A stretch of 64,000 nt of DNA, taken from Burkholderiales bacterium. Its GTDB lineage: Bacteria > Pseudomonadota > Gammaproteobacteria > Burkholderiales > SHXO01. Under the pieces are notes generated by a model. The model saw only the letters and a program-made list of their open reading frames with translations. It was not told where the DNA came from and did not search any database. The stretch covers positions 14,772 to 78,771 of the forward strand of contig DAIQQA010000005.1 of NCBI GenBank assembly GCA_036787045.1, written 5' to 3'. A program made the translations under genes and the position numbers. Positions within the stretch are counted from its first letter, which is position 1; each line of letters opens with the position of its first letter. Of the stretch, positions 50,359-59,615 are shown in pieces.

Positions 50359-50865
50359 ATGAGGAGATCGTTCCTGCTGGCCGCAGTCGCCCTGCTGCTT
50401 GCCCCCGCCATTGCCCAGGCGCAGTCGACGCTCAACGTGTACCAGACCATCGACATCGCAGCGCCGGCCGGCAAGGTGTGGAACGCCGTGAAGAACTGGG
50501 ACAATCTGCACGGCTGGCACCCCGCTTTCGCCAGCACGGAGCTCACCGGCGGCCAGAACAACACCGTGGGTGCGACCCGTCGGCTGACGTTAAAGGATGG
50601 TCCTTCCTTCGACGAAGAGCTGACCGCCTTCGACGAGCGGGGCATGAGGCTGCGCTACAAGATCATCAGCGAGGCGCCGCTGCCCATCACCAACTACGAT
50701 TCCGCCATCCGGGTGTTGCCCACCGGCAGCAACAGCGCAACCGTGGTGTGGCTGAGCAGCTTCGTATCCAACCCAGGCACCAAGGACGACGAGCTCATGA
50801 AAGGGGTGGCTGGCCTGTACCGTGCCGGTCTGGAGAATCTCAAGAGCATCGTCGAGGGCCGCTGA
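50359..50865 (+). CDS. SRPBCC-family (polyketide cyclase/dehydrase-like) exported protein
   Basis: 168 aa. AAGGAG SD, signal peptide ending AQA-QS, START/Bet v1-like pattern (W...W near the N-terminus). Confidence 0.6.
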   Translation: MRRSFLLAAVALLLAPAIAQAQSTLNVYQTIDIAAPAGKVWNAVKNWDNLHGWHPAFASTELTGGQNNTVGATRRLTLKDGPSFDEELTAFDERGMRLRYKIISEAPLPITNYDSAIRVLPTGSNSATVVWLSSFVSNPGTKDDELMKGVAGLYRAGLENLKSIVEGR

Positions 50866-50941
50866 AGCTGCCGACGGGGTTATCATGCAGGCCCGTCCCG
50901 CGCCGCGGGCGGGCTGTCTTTTCGCCTCCGATGGAGCGTGC

Positions 50942-51757
50942 ATGCGGGCAACATTCATAGGCGGGGGTAACATGGCCAGCGCGCTGGTCGGTGGACTGCT
51001 CAAGCAGGGCTGGCCGGCTGACGACCTGCGCGTAGTGGAGATCGACCCCCAAGCCCGCGAGGCAATGTCCAGACAGTTCGGTGTCAGCACGGGTGCCGTT
51101 GTACCCGAGCGGCTGGAACCGCAGGAAGTCGTCGTCCTCGCGGTCAAGCCGCAGCACATGCTGCAGGTGGCGCGCCATCTGCGTCCCAGGCTCAGCAGCC
51201 AGCTCGTGGTGACGATCGCGGCGGGTATCCGCACGCAGGATCTGTCCCGTTGGCTGGGCGGGTACGAGCACATCGTGCGAGTGATGCCGAACACCCCCGC
51301 CCTGGTGCTGGCGGGGATCTCGGCGCTGTATGCGATGCCGGCCGTGGATGTGGATGCGAGGCGGCACGCCGACAGCATCCTTTCGGCAGTGGGCGCCACC
51401 ATCTGGGTCGAGCGCGAGGAGCTGATGGACGCCGTCACGGCAGTGTCGGGCAGCGGGCCGGCCTACGTGTTCTATTTCATGGAGGCCATCATGCGGGCAG
51501 GCGAGGAGCTCGGGCTGTCACCGGAACAGGCGCGCCGGCTCACGCTGGAGACCTTCTACGGCGCTGCCAGTCTCGCACGCCAGAGCAGCGAGCCGCCTGC
51601 CGCGCTGCGTATCCGGGTAACCTCCAAGGGCGGCACGACCGAACGAGCCGTGAGCGCGATGGAAGCAGCAGCCATCCAGCGGCACGTCGTCGATGCCGTT
51701 AAACAGGCTGCCGCCCGCTCGCGGGAGTTGGGCGAGCAGTTGGGCTCTGCCGACTGA
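50942..51757 (+). CDS. proC: pyrroline-5-carboxylate reductase
   Basis: ATG 50942. NADP motif FIGGGNMASALVGGL. C-terminal SKGGTTE block. Confidence 0.92.
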   Translation: MRATFIGGGNMASALVGGLLKQGWPADDLRVVEIDPQAREAMSRQFGVSTGAVVPERLEPQEVVVLAVKPQHMLQVARHLRPRLSSQLVVTIAAGIRTQDLSRWLGGYEHIVRVMPNTPALVLAGISALYAMPAVDVDARRHADSILSAVGATIWVEREELMDAVTAVSGSGPAYVFYFMEAIMRAGEELGLSPEQARRLTLETFYGAASLARQSSEPPAALRIRVTSKGGTTERAVSAMEAAAIQRHVVDAVKQAAARSRELGEQLGSAD

Positions 51758-51774
51758 GACATCCCGTCGAGCCC

Positions 51775-52356
51775 ATGTTGACCCAAGCGGCAGCCTTCCT
51801 GCTGGAGACCTTCCTGGGACTGTTCGCACTGGCCCTGCTTCTGCGCTTTTATCTGCAGCTGTTGCGTGCCCCGGCGCGAAACCCGGTGTCGACCTTTCTT
51901 GCCGCCTTGACGAACTGGATCGTCGTCCCGGCCCGACGCGTGATCCCGGGACTGTTCCGCGTCGACCTGTCGACCCTCGTGCTGGCATGGCTGACCGAGC
52001 TCGTCCTGCTCTGCGGGATCACGCTGCTGCGCGGGGCGGGCTTCGCCGCACTGCTCGGCGCGCTGCTCGTGCTGGCGCTGGTCGCTGCGGTCGAGGTGGT
52101 CAAGCTCAGCCTGTATATCCTGATGGTGGCGGTGATTGTCCAGGCCGTGCTGAGCTGGGTCGCGCCTTACAGCCCCGCCATGCCGATACTCAACAGCCTC
52201 ACGCGCCCATTTCTGCTGGTGTTCTCCAAGCGCATCCCGCCGGTGGGCAATGTCGACCTGTCCCCCATCTTCGTTATCGTGGGCTGTCAGCTCGGGCTGT
52301 TCCTGGTCAACTGGGTCGAGGGCGGACTGCTGCGTGCAGCAGTCGGCCAACCCTGA
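51775..52356 (+). CDS. yggT: YggT-family membrane protein
   Basis: 193 aa with two YggT repeats (LLRFYLQLL..., IVQAVLSWV...). Lies in the conserved yggS-proC-yggT-yggU order. Confidence 0.85.
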   Translation: MLTQAAAFLLETFLGLFALALLLRFYLQLLRAPARNPVSTFLAALTNWIVVPARRVIPGLFRVDLSTLVLAWLTELVLLCGITLLRGAGFAALLGALLVLALVAAVEVVKLSLYILMVAVIVQAVLSWVAPYSPAMPILNSLTRPFLLVFSKRIPPVGNVDLSPIFVIVGCQLGLFLVNWVEGGLLRAAVGQP

Positions 52357-52436
52357 TCCAGAACCATCCTGCACGCCGACCCGCCTGTGCTTTTCCAGCG
52401 GGTTGTCGTAAACCCCCGTAACGCGTTGCCCACGTC

Positions 52437-52739
52437 ATGACCTGGTACCGCCTCGACGGCGACAGGAACGTTCTTTGCATAAATCTTTACGTTCAGCCGA
52501 ACGCGCGCAGCACCGAGCTGGCGGGAACGCACGGGGAAGCGCTCAAGGTGCGCGTGGCCGCACCCCCGCTGGACGATCGGGCAAACCAGCTTCTTATTGA
52601 TTTTCTTGGGAAAACCTTAGGCGTTCCGGGCAGCCGGATCCGCATCAGCCGGGGTGGGCGCAGCCGCCACAAACTGATCGAGATCGCAGCGCCGGGCGAG
52701 ACAGCTCTGCGGACCATCCGCGAGTGGGAACAGGGATGA
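52437..52739 (+). CDS. yggU: DUF167 (YggU) family protein
   Basis: 100 aa. LKVRVAAPPLDDRANQLLIDFLGKTLGV matches the DUF167 core. Confidence 0.85.
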   Translation: MTWYRLDGDRNVLCINLYVQPNARSTELAGTHGEALKVRVAAPPLDDRANQLLIDFLGKTLGVPGSRIRISRGGRSRHKLIEIAAPGETALRTIREWEQG

Positions 52740-54676
52740 CCAACCAGCTCGAAAATCAGATCGCGAGCTACCAGCGCTGGCGCGAAGACATTCGCAGCGG
52801 CATCGAGGCCTACCAGGCCTGGCTCGATCAGCACGGGCACGTGGACATCCAGCGCAGCCTGCGCATCTACGACCTGCTCGAGAGCCTGCGCAACGACCGC
52901 ATGGTCCTGGCTTTCCTCGCCGAGTATTCGCGCGGCAAGACCGAGCTGATCAACGCCATGTTCTTCGCCGACTTCAAGCAGCGCCTGCTGCCCTCTGACG
53001 TGGGCCGGACCACCATGTGCCCGACCGAGGTCTTCTACGACGCCGCCGAGGAACCGTACATCCGCCTCCTGCCCATCGAGACGCGCAAACGCGAGGACAG
53101 CATCGCCTCGCTAAAGCAGCATCCGATAGAGTGGGTGAAGATCAAGCTCAACCTGCAGTCGCAGGAGGAGATGGCACAGGCCATGGCGAGCCTGGCCGAA
53201 ACCAAACAGGTGCGGGTGGAAGAGGCCTCCGACCTCGGCCTGATCGACGAGAAGGACTTCGTGACTACCACGGTCGTCACACGGGGCAGCAAGGTCGAGA
53301 TCCCGGCCTGGCGCCACGCGATGATCAACTATCCGCACCCGCTGCTGAAGAGCGGGCTGGTGATTCTGGACACCCCTGGCCTCAATGCCCTGGGTACCGA
53401 GCCCGAGCTCACGCTCAAGATGATCCCCAGCGCCCACGCCATCCTGTTCCTGCTGGCTATGGACACCGGCGTGACCAAGTCGGACATGGAGATCTGGCAG
53501 CGCTACGTGCAGAGCTACCAGACTCGCCGGATCGCTGTGCTGAACAAGATCGACCTGCTGTGGGACGAGCTGAAGACGGAGGACCAGATCGAGGAGGCGA
53601 TCGTGCGTCAGGTCACCAGCACCTGCCAGCTCCTTGAGCTTCCACCCAACCACGTCATTGCGCTGTCCGCCCAGAAGGGGCTGCTCGCCCGCATCCGGGG
53701 CGACGACGTGCTGCTGGAACGCAGTGGCATACGCGATCTGGAAGACCTGCTGGCCAAGGAGATCGTGCCGGCCAAGCAGGAAATCTTACGCTCGGCGGTG
53801 GTGAAGGAAATGGGTGCGATGGTCGAGGGCAGCCTGCAGAGCGTGATGGCCCAGCTCACCGCGAACCAGGCGGAGCTGCAGGAGCTGGCCAAGCTGTCGG
53901 GCAAGAACAGGGAGCTTGCCAAGACGATGCTGGCGCGGCTGGAGAAGGATCGCGCCACGTACATCCAGCACATGGAGAGCTTCAAGACCTCCTACGGCGT
54001 CGTGCTCAAGCAGGGGCACGCGCTCATGGCGAATCTGGACGAAGAGCACATCGACGAGATCTTCGCCCGCAGCAGCAAGGACATCGAGGGCAGCTGGACC
54101 ACTGCCGGCCTGATGCGCAGCATGAACTCGCTGTTCGACACCTTTTCGCGCCTGGCCGAGAAGATCCTGGGTTTCGCCGGCGAGACGCGTGCCTTCGTGG
54201 ACAAGGTGTACAAGGAGTTCCAGGAGCGCTACGGCTTCGCCAACCTCACGCCGCCGCCGCTCAACCTCGAGAAGCACATCCTCGCCATGAAGGCGCTCAA
54301 GGCGACCACCGAGAAGTTCTGCCGCGATCCGGTCAATGTCATGACTGAGAAGCACTTCCTGTTGCGGCGCTTCTACAACGGCCTGGTGAGCGAGGCGCGC
54401 GGCCTGTTCCAGGACACCCGCAGAGAGCTCGACTCGTGGCTCAAGAGCGCGCTGCAGCCGATCTCGACGCAGCTCAAGGAGCATCAGACGCTGCTGGAGC
54501 GGCGGGTGGACAACCTGAAGAAGCTCTCCGGCGACCTGTCCAGCCTGCAGGAGCGCCTGCACCAGCTCGAAGCGCAGAAGATGGCGCTCGGCCGCCAGGT
54601 CGAGGAGCTGCTGCGCGTCAAGTACAAGGTGCTTGGCACCGCCGACCGCCAGCGCATGCGTGCGAAGGCGGCGTGA
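52736..54676 (+). CDS. bacterial dynamin-like GTPase (dynamin family protein)
   Basis: ATG 52736 overlaps the yggU stop (ATGA). G1 AEYSRGKT, G3 DTPG, G4 NKID. Long helical/coiled-coil C-terminal two-thirds. Confidence 0.8.
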   Translation: MTNQLENQIASYQRWREDIRSGIEAYQAWLDQHGHVDIQRSLRIYDLLESLRNDRMVLAFLAEYSRGKTELINAMFFADFKQRLLPSDVGRTTMCPTEVFYDAAEEPYIRLLPIETRKREDSIASLKQHPIEWVKIKLNLQSQEEMAQAMASLAETKQVRVEEASDLGLIDEKDFVTTTVVTRGSKVEIPAWRHAMINYPHPLLKSGLVILDTPGLNALGTEPELTLKMIPSAHAILFLLAMDTGVTKSDMEIWQRYVQSYQTRRIAVLNKIDLLWDELKTEDQIEEAIVRQVTSTCQLLELPPNHVIALSAQKGLLARIRGDDVLLERSGIRDLEDLLAKEIVPAKQEILRSAVVKEMGAMVEGSLQSVMAQLTANQAELQELAKLSGKNRELAKTMLARLEKDRATYIQHMESFKTSYGVVLKQGHALMANLDEEHIDEIFARSSKDIEGSWTTAGLMRSMNSLFDTFSRLAEKILGFAGETRAFVDKVYKEFQERYGFANLTPPPLNLEKHILAMKALKATTEKFCRDPVNVMTEKHFLLRRFYNGLVSEARGLFQDTRRELDSWLKSALQPISTQLKEHQTLLERRVDNLKKLSGDLSSLQERLHQLEAQKMALGRQVEELLRVKYKVLGTADRQRMRAKAA

Positions 54677-54747
54677 CAGTCTCCCCCGGCACGATCTGAA
54701 GCCACCCGCGCAGCGGGCCCTGCGGGTGCGTGTGCCAGAATCATCCA

Positions 54748-56265
54748 ATGGCCAGGCTCGACGTCGATCTGCTCGTAGTAGGCGGCGGCATCCACGGTGC
54801 AGGTATCGCCCGCGATGCGGCCGGCCGTGGCCTCACCGTACTGCTTGCCGAGCAGGGCGATCTCGCGGGCGCGACGTCGTCGGCCTCCAGTAAGCTCGCT
54901 CACGGCGGCTTGCGTTACCTAGAGCTGGGCGACTTCCGGTTGGTGCGCGAGGCGCTGCGCGAGCGTGAGACGCTGATGCGCATCGCGCCACATCTGGTGT
55001 GGCCCATGCCCTTCTTCCTCCCCCGCGCACCCGCAACGCGCCCCGCATGGCAGATCCGCGCCGGGCTGCTTCTGTACGACTGGCTGGCCGGGGCGAGCGG
55101 ATTGCCGCGCAGCCGCGCTCTGGACCTGTCCGGCGCTTCCGAAGGCGAATTCCTCCGGCCGCAGTGCCGACGAGGCTTCTGCTACTACGACGGCTGGGCG
55201 GACGATGCGCGCCTAGTGGTGGCGAACGCAATGGATGCAGCAATGCGGGGCGCCATCGTCATGACACGTACGCGCTGTGTTGCGGTAGCCCCTCGCGGCG
55301 CCGCGTGGTCGGTACAGCTGGCTGCCGCGGACGCCCCGAAGGTGGAGGTCGGCGCGCGCGCCATCGTGAACGCCACCGGACCCTGGGTGGAGCGCTTCCT
55401 GCGCGAATGCACCCCGGTGCAAGCCGTTGCTGCCCGCCTGATCAAGGGCAGTCATCTGGTCGTGCGGCGCAGCCTGCCCGCCGGCCGCGCCCTGCTGCTA
55501 CCGAACGACGACGGCCGCGTTGTCTTCGTAGTCCCGTTCGAAGGCGAGTTCGCGCTGATCGGCACGACGGATGTCCCTCTGTCGGGCGATCCCGGGGCCG
55601 TCGCCATCTCGCAGGCGGAGGTGGAGTATCTGTGCCGGGCGGTGAATCGCTACCTGGTCCAACCGGTGAGCGAGCGCGACATTGCCTGGACCTTCTCCGG
55701 TGTGCGTGCTCTCCACGACGACGGTACGGAGAACCCGTCCCGGGTCACGCGCGACTACCTCCTGCAACTCGACCATGCGGAGAATCGCGCGCCTATCCTC
55801 TCCGTGTACGGGGGCAAGCTGACCACCTACCGGCGCCTTGCGGAGGAGGCCTTGGGCAAGCTCAGTCGGACCTTCCCGGCGCTCCAGCCGGCCTGGACGT
55901 CCCGGGCCCAGCTGCCCGGCGGTGACCTCGGCGGGATGAGTCCGCAACCGTTCGCGGAAGCGTTGCGGACGCGCTACCCCGGGCTGCCTGCAGAATGGGT
56001 GGCAGGCATTGCACGCCGCCACGGGGCGCTCGCCGACGCGGTGATCGGCCGCGCATGCAGCGCGCAGGAGCTGGGCGTGCACTTCGGTGCGGGACTCACC
56101 GCGCGCGAGATCGAATACCTCGTGCAGCGCGAGTGGGCGGTGGAAGCCGACGACGTGCTTTGGCGCCGCACCAAGGCCGGCCTGCACATGGATGAGGCGC
56201 AGCGCCGGGCGGTGGCGCGGCATGTCCTCGCGCTGCGGGCGCCGGGTCGCGGCGGATTGGGGTAG
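54748..56265 (+). CDS. glpD: FAD-dependent glycerol-3-phosphate dehydrogenase
   Basis: ATG 54748. Dinucleotide fold VVGGGIHGAGIARDAAGRG. SSKLAHGGLRYLE block. C-terminal GlpD-type domain. Confidence 0.88.
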   Translation: MARLDVDLLVVGGGIHGAGIARDAAGRGLTVLLAEQGDLAGATSSASSKLAHGGLRYLELGDFRLVREALRERETLMRIAPHLVWPMPFFLPRAPATRPAWQIRAGLLLYDWLAGASGLPRSRALDLSGASEGEFLRPQCRRGFCYYDGWADDARLVVANAMDAAMRGAIVMTRTRCVAVAPRGAAWSVQLAAADAPKVEVGARAIVNATGPWVERFLRECTPVQAVAARLIKGSHLVVRRSLPAGRALLLPNDDGRVVFVVPFEGEFALIGTTDVPLSGDPGAVAISQAEVEYLCRAVNRYLVQPVSERDIAWTFSGVRALHDDGTENPSRVTRDYLLQLDHAENRAPILSVYGGKLTTYRRLAEEALGKLSRTFPALQPAWTSRAQLPGGDLGGMSPQPFAEALRTRYPGLPAEWVAGIARRHGALADAVIGRACSAQELGVHFGAGLTAREIEYLVQREWAVEADDVLWRRTKAGLHMDEAQRRAVARHVLALRAPGRGGLG

Positions 56266-56606
56266 TCGGCCGGATGCGCGGCACGGCGCGCGGCGCCGCC
56301 TATCGAAAGGGATAGGTCTCCGCCCATAGCCAGCATCGAGGGCGTTGTCGTCGCAGCGCATCGCGTGCTGCTGCGCTTCGGCACTCCCCGGCAAGCCGAG
56401 CCGAAGATCACGGATAAAGAATAACCCTTACATGGGCCTGCAACAAGGAGGCTTTGCGCCGTACGTCTGGTGACATACCACGTCGTTGGCGCCGGCAGGA
56501 AGGCTGAGGCGGTGCGCAAACCTGTGGCTCCGGAGTGCCCCGGTCGACTCCTGGCAAAGCTCCCTGGCGGCATCGGACTTGGCGGGCTCTCCCCAGACGC
56601 GCCGCG

Positions 56607-58061
56607 CTACATCAAAACGATGTCGTACTGCTCCTGCGTGTATAAGCTCTCGACCTGCAGCGAGATCGGTTTGCCGATGAAGTCGCCGAGCATCGCGAGC
56701 GACTGCGACTCCTCGTCGAGGAAGAGGTCGATGACCTTCTGGTGCGCGAGGATGCGAAACTCCCTGGCATCGTACTGACGCGCCTCGCGCACGACCTCAC
56801 GCAGGATCTCGTAACAAACCGTTTGCGCCGTCTTCACTTCCCCGCGCCCCTGACAGGTGGGACAGGGCTCGCAGAGCGTATGGGCCAGGCTCTCGCGCGT
56901 ACGCTTGCGCGTCATCTCCACCAGGCCCAGGGTGGTGAAGCCATTGACCGTGACGCGCGTACGGTCCAGGGAGAGCGCCTTCTTCAGCTCGGTGAGCACC
57001 GCGTCGCGGTGCGCCTGATTCTCCATGTCGATGAAGTCGACGATGATGATGCCGCCCAGGTTGCGCAGGCGCAACTGGCGCGCAATGACGTGCGCAGCCT
57101 CGAGATTGGTCTTGAAGATCGTGTCGTCGAAGTTGCGCCCGCCGACGTAGCCGCCGGTGTTGACGTCTACAGTGGTGAGCGCCTCGGTCTGGTCGATGAT
57201 CAGATAGCCGCCGGACTTGAGCGGCACGCGGCGTGCCAGGGCTCGCTCGATCTCTTCCTCGATGCCGTAGAGGTCGAACAGCGGCCGGTCCCCGCTGTAG
57301 TGGTGGATCCGGTCGACGAAGTTGAGCGTGTACTCCCCGGCGAATGCCTGCAGCTTGACGTAGTTCTCGCGAGAGTCGACCAGGATGCGGGCAGTCTCGT
57401 CATTGGCGACGTCGCGCAGCACGCGGTGGCTCAGGTTGAGGTCCTGGTACAGGAGCGCAGGTGCGGCAACCGTCTTGGCCTTCTCCTGGATCCCCGCCCA
57501 GATTCGCCGCAGGTACTCGATGTCCGACGTGAGCTCGCGATCGGTGGCCGTCTCCGCCATCGTGCGGATGATGAAGCCGCCGGTCTCGCCCTCCGGGAGC
57601 AACTGCTGCAATCGCTCGCGCAGCTGCGCGCGCTCGGCTTCGTCCTCGATGCGCTGCGAGATGCCGATGTGGCACTCCTGCGGCAGGTAGACGAGCAGCC
57701 GACCGGCGACGCTGACCTGGGTGGACAGGCGCGCGCCCTTGCTGCCAATGGGATCTTTGATCACCTGCACCAGCAGCCGTCCGCCCTCGTGCAGGAGCTT
57801 CTCGATCGGCTTGGGCTCCTGCCCGGGCTGGCGATGCTCCCAGATGTCCGCCACATGGAGGAAGGCGGCGCGGTCCAGCCCGATGTGAATAAAGGCCGAT
57901 TGCATGCCGGGCAGGACGCGGCTGACCACCCCGAGGTAGATGTTCCCCACCAGCCCCCGGCCGCTCAGGCGCTCCACATGGAGCTCCTGGGCGACGCCTT
58001 GCTGGATCACCGCCACCCGGGTCTCCTGGGGGGTGACGTTGATCAGGATCTCCTCTTCCAC
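56607..58061 (-). CDS. rng: ribonuclease G
   Basis: 484 aa. N-terminal S1 domain (GNIYLGVVSRVLPGMQSAFIHIG) and RNase E/G catalytic core (VDVNTGGYVG). Confidence 0.92.
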   Translation of the reverse strand: MEEEILINVTPQETRVAVIQQGVAQELHVERLSGRGLVGNIYLGVVSRVLPGMQSAFIHIGLDRAAFLHVADIWEHRQPGQEPKPIEKLLHEGGRLLVQVIKDPIGSKGARLSTQVSVAGRLLVYLPQECHIGISQRIEDEAERAQLRERLQQLLPEGETGGFIIRTMAETATDRELTSDIEYLRRIWAGIQEKAKTVAAPALLYQDLNLSHRVLRDVANDETARILVDSRENYVKLQAFAGEYTLNFVDRIHHYSGDRPLFDLYGIEEEIERALARRVPLKSGGYLIIDQTEALTTVDVNTGGYVGGRNFDDTIFKTNLEAAHVIARQLRLRNLGGIIIVDFIDMENQAHRDAVLTELKKALSLDRTRVTVNGFTTLGLVEMTRKRTRESLAHTLCEPCPTCQGRGEVKTAQTVCYEILREVVREARQYDAREFRILAHQKVIDLFLDEESQSLAMLGDFIGKPISLQVESLYTQEQYDIVLM

Positions 58062-58070
58062 GCGCGGCGC

Positions 58071-58694
58071 TCAGACCGTGGCGTGACCGAAGCGTGCGAG
58101 CAGCTGGCTGGTCTCGAACAAAGGAAGCCCCATCACGCCGGTGTAGCTTCCGCTGATGGAGCGGATGAACACCGCCCCACGGCCCTGGATGGCATACCCG
58201 CCGGCCTTGTCCAGTGGCTCGCCGCCGGCGACGTACTGGCGGATCTCGCTGTCGGTGAGCTCGCGGAGCTCCACGGTGGTGCTCGAGACCGCTACCTCGG
58301 TCCGCTGGTCAAACTTGACCGCCACTGCCGTGTGCACCTGATGGGCTTTGCCCGACAACCGTCTCAAGAAGGCGATTGCCTGCTCCCGGTCGGCGGGCTT
58401 GCCGAGGATCTCCCCCTCGACTGCGACCGTCGTATCGGCGGACAGCACTGGGAAGGAGCGCATCAGGCGCCGCTGCGACAGACGCGTCCAGCCCGCCTCG
58501 ACCTTCGCTGTGGCCACGCGCTGTACATAGTCGACCGCGGCCTCGCCGGGCAGCGGAGTCTCGTTGAAATCCGCGGGCCGCCCCTGTCCCTCGCGCAGCA
58601 GCAGGATCTCGAAGCTGACCCCGATCTGCTTGAGCAGCTCGCGACGGCGCGCGCTGCGCGACGCCAGGTAGACGTGACGGCTGGCGGGGAGCAT
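58071..58694 (-). CDS. maf: Maf-family nucleoside triphosphate pyrophosphatase
   Basis: 207 aa. LASRSARRRELL N-terminus and GAYAIQG-type block (AGGYAIQGRG). Confidence 0.88.
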   Translation of the reverse strand: MLPASRHVYLASRSARRRELLKQIGVSFEILLLREGQGRPADFNETPLPGEAAVDYVQRVATAKVEAGWTRLSQRRLMRSFPVLSADTTVAVEGEILGKPADREQAIAFLRRLSGKAHQVHTAVAVKFDQRTEVAVSSTTVELRELTDSEIRQYVAGGEPLDKAGGYAIQGRGAVFIRSISGSYTGVMGLPLFETSQLLARFGHATV

Positions 58695-59176
58695 CAGGCG
58701 CGATGGTAAGGATGTCCCTGCAGCAGGGACGCAGCACGATAGAGCTGCTCGGCAAGCAGCACGCGCACGAGCTGGTGGGGCAAAGTCATGGCGGACAGTG
58801 AAAGCATAAGCCGGGCCGATTTTTTGAGCTGCACATCGAGGCCGTCGGCACTACCGATCAAGAAGGCCACGTCGTTGCCCTCGCGCCGCCATCCCTCCAG
58901 CAGCCGCGCAAGCTCAGCGGTGCTGACCGTCCGACCCTGCTCGTCGAGCGCGACGCAGGTTGCGCCGGCAGGCAGCGCCGAACGCAGCCGCTGCGCCTCG
59001 AGCTTCAGGATGCGGTCGATCTGCGCGGGCGTGGTCGCGCCAGCACCACGCGGCTCCGGGCGGATCTCGACCAGTTGCAGCGGGGTGTCACGCGGCATGC
59101 GCCGCGCATAGTCCTCGAATCCCATGCTCACCCAGGCGGGCACCTTGTGCCCCGGCGCCAGGATGAGCAGCTTCAT
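58694..59176 (-). CDS. rlmH: 23S rRNA (pseudouridine1915-N3)-methyltransferase RlmH
   Basis: ATG 59176 (MKLLILAPGHKVPAW). SPOUT C-terminal knot LSLSAMTLPHQLVRVLLAEQLYRA. Stop overlaps the maf start by 1 nt. Confidence 0.9.
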   Translation of the reverse strand: MKLLILAPGHKVPAWVSMGFEDYARRMPRDTPLQLVEIRPEPRGAGATTPAQIDRILKLEAQRLRSALPAGATCVALDEQGRTVSTAELARLLEGWRREGNDVAFLIGSADGLDVQLKKSARLMLSLSAMTLPHQLVRVLLAEQLYRAASLLQGHPYHRA

Positions 59177-59216
59177 GCCGGGACAGGTCGCCCGATGCGG
59201 CCTTGCCCGTTCTCGC

Positions 59217-59615
59217 TCAGCTGTGGGCCTCCGCGCCGGGCTCGGACGCCCGGTGCTCCGCGGGCCGTCGCAAAGGCACGACGCGCCGCGAGCCCTCGCC
59301 GCCCCACAGCTGTTCCAGGTTGTAGTAGTCGCGTACGGCCGGTTGCATGATGTGGACCACGATGTCACCGAGATCCACCAGCACCCATTCGCCGGTCTGC
59401 TCACCCTCGATGCCGATCACGCTGCCGCCGGCGGCTTTGATCTTGTCGTGTACGTTGCGCGCCAGAGCCTTCGTCTGCCGGGTCGACTCGGCGCTCGCAA
59501 CGATCATGTAATCGAACAGTGAGGTGAGCTTCCTCACATCCAGCGCCACGATGTCGCGGGCCTTGATCTCTTCCAGTGCGGCCACGACGGCGTTCTTCAG
59601 CTCTTCAACCTGCAT
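59217..59615 (-). CDS. rsfS: ribosome silencing factor RsfS
   Basis: ATG 59615. DIVALDVRKLTSLFDYMIVASAESTRQ and WVLVDLGDIVVHIM blocks. Confidence 0.9.
   Translation of the reverse strand: MQVEELKNAVVAALEEIKARDIVALDVRKLTSLFDYMIVASAESTRQTKALARNVHDKIKAAGGSVIGIEGEQTGEWVLVDLGDIVVHIMQPAVRDYYNLEQLWGGEGSRRVVPLRRPAEHRASEPGAEAHS

Noticed and set aside
52736-54676. Dynamin-like GTPase as part of a dynamin-type anti-phage system (Eleos/LeoA-LeoBC-like)
   Set aside because: It is a single gene with no second dynamin-like partner, embedded in and translationally coupled to a housekeeping cluster. No other defence or mobile genes are nearby.
56470-56778. 102-aa ORF downstream of the AAGGAGG at 56445
   Set aside because: The GTG is 18 nt from the SD, which is too far. 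Most of the ORF is antisense to the rng 3' end, and it has no recognisable motifs.
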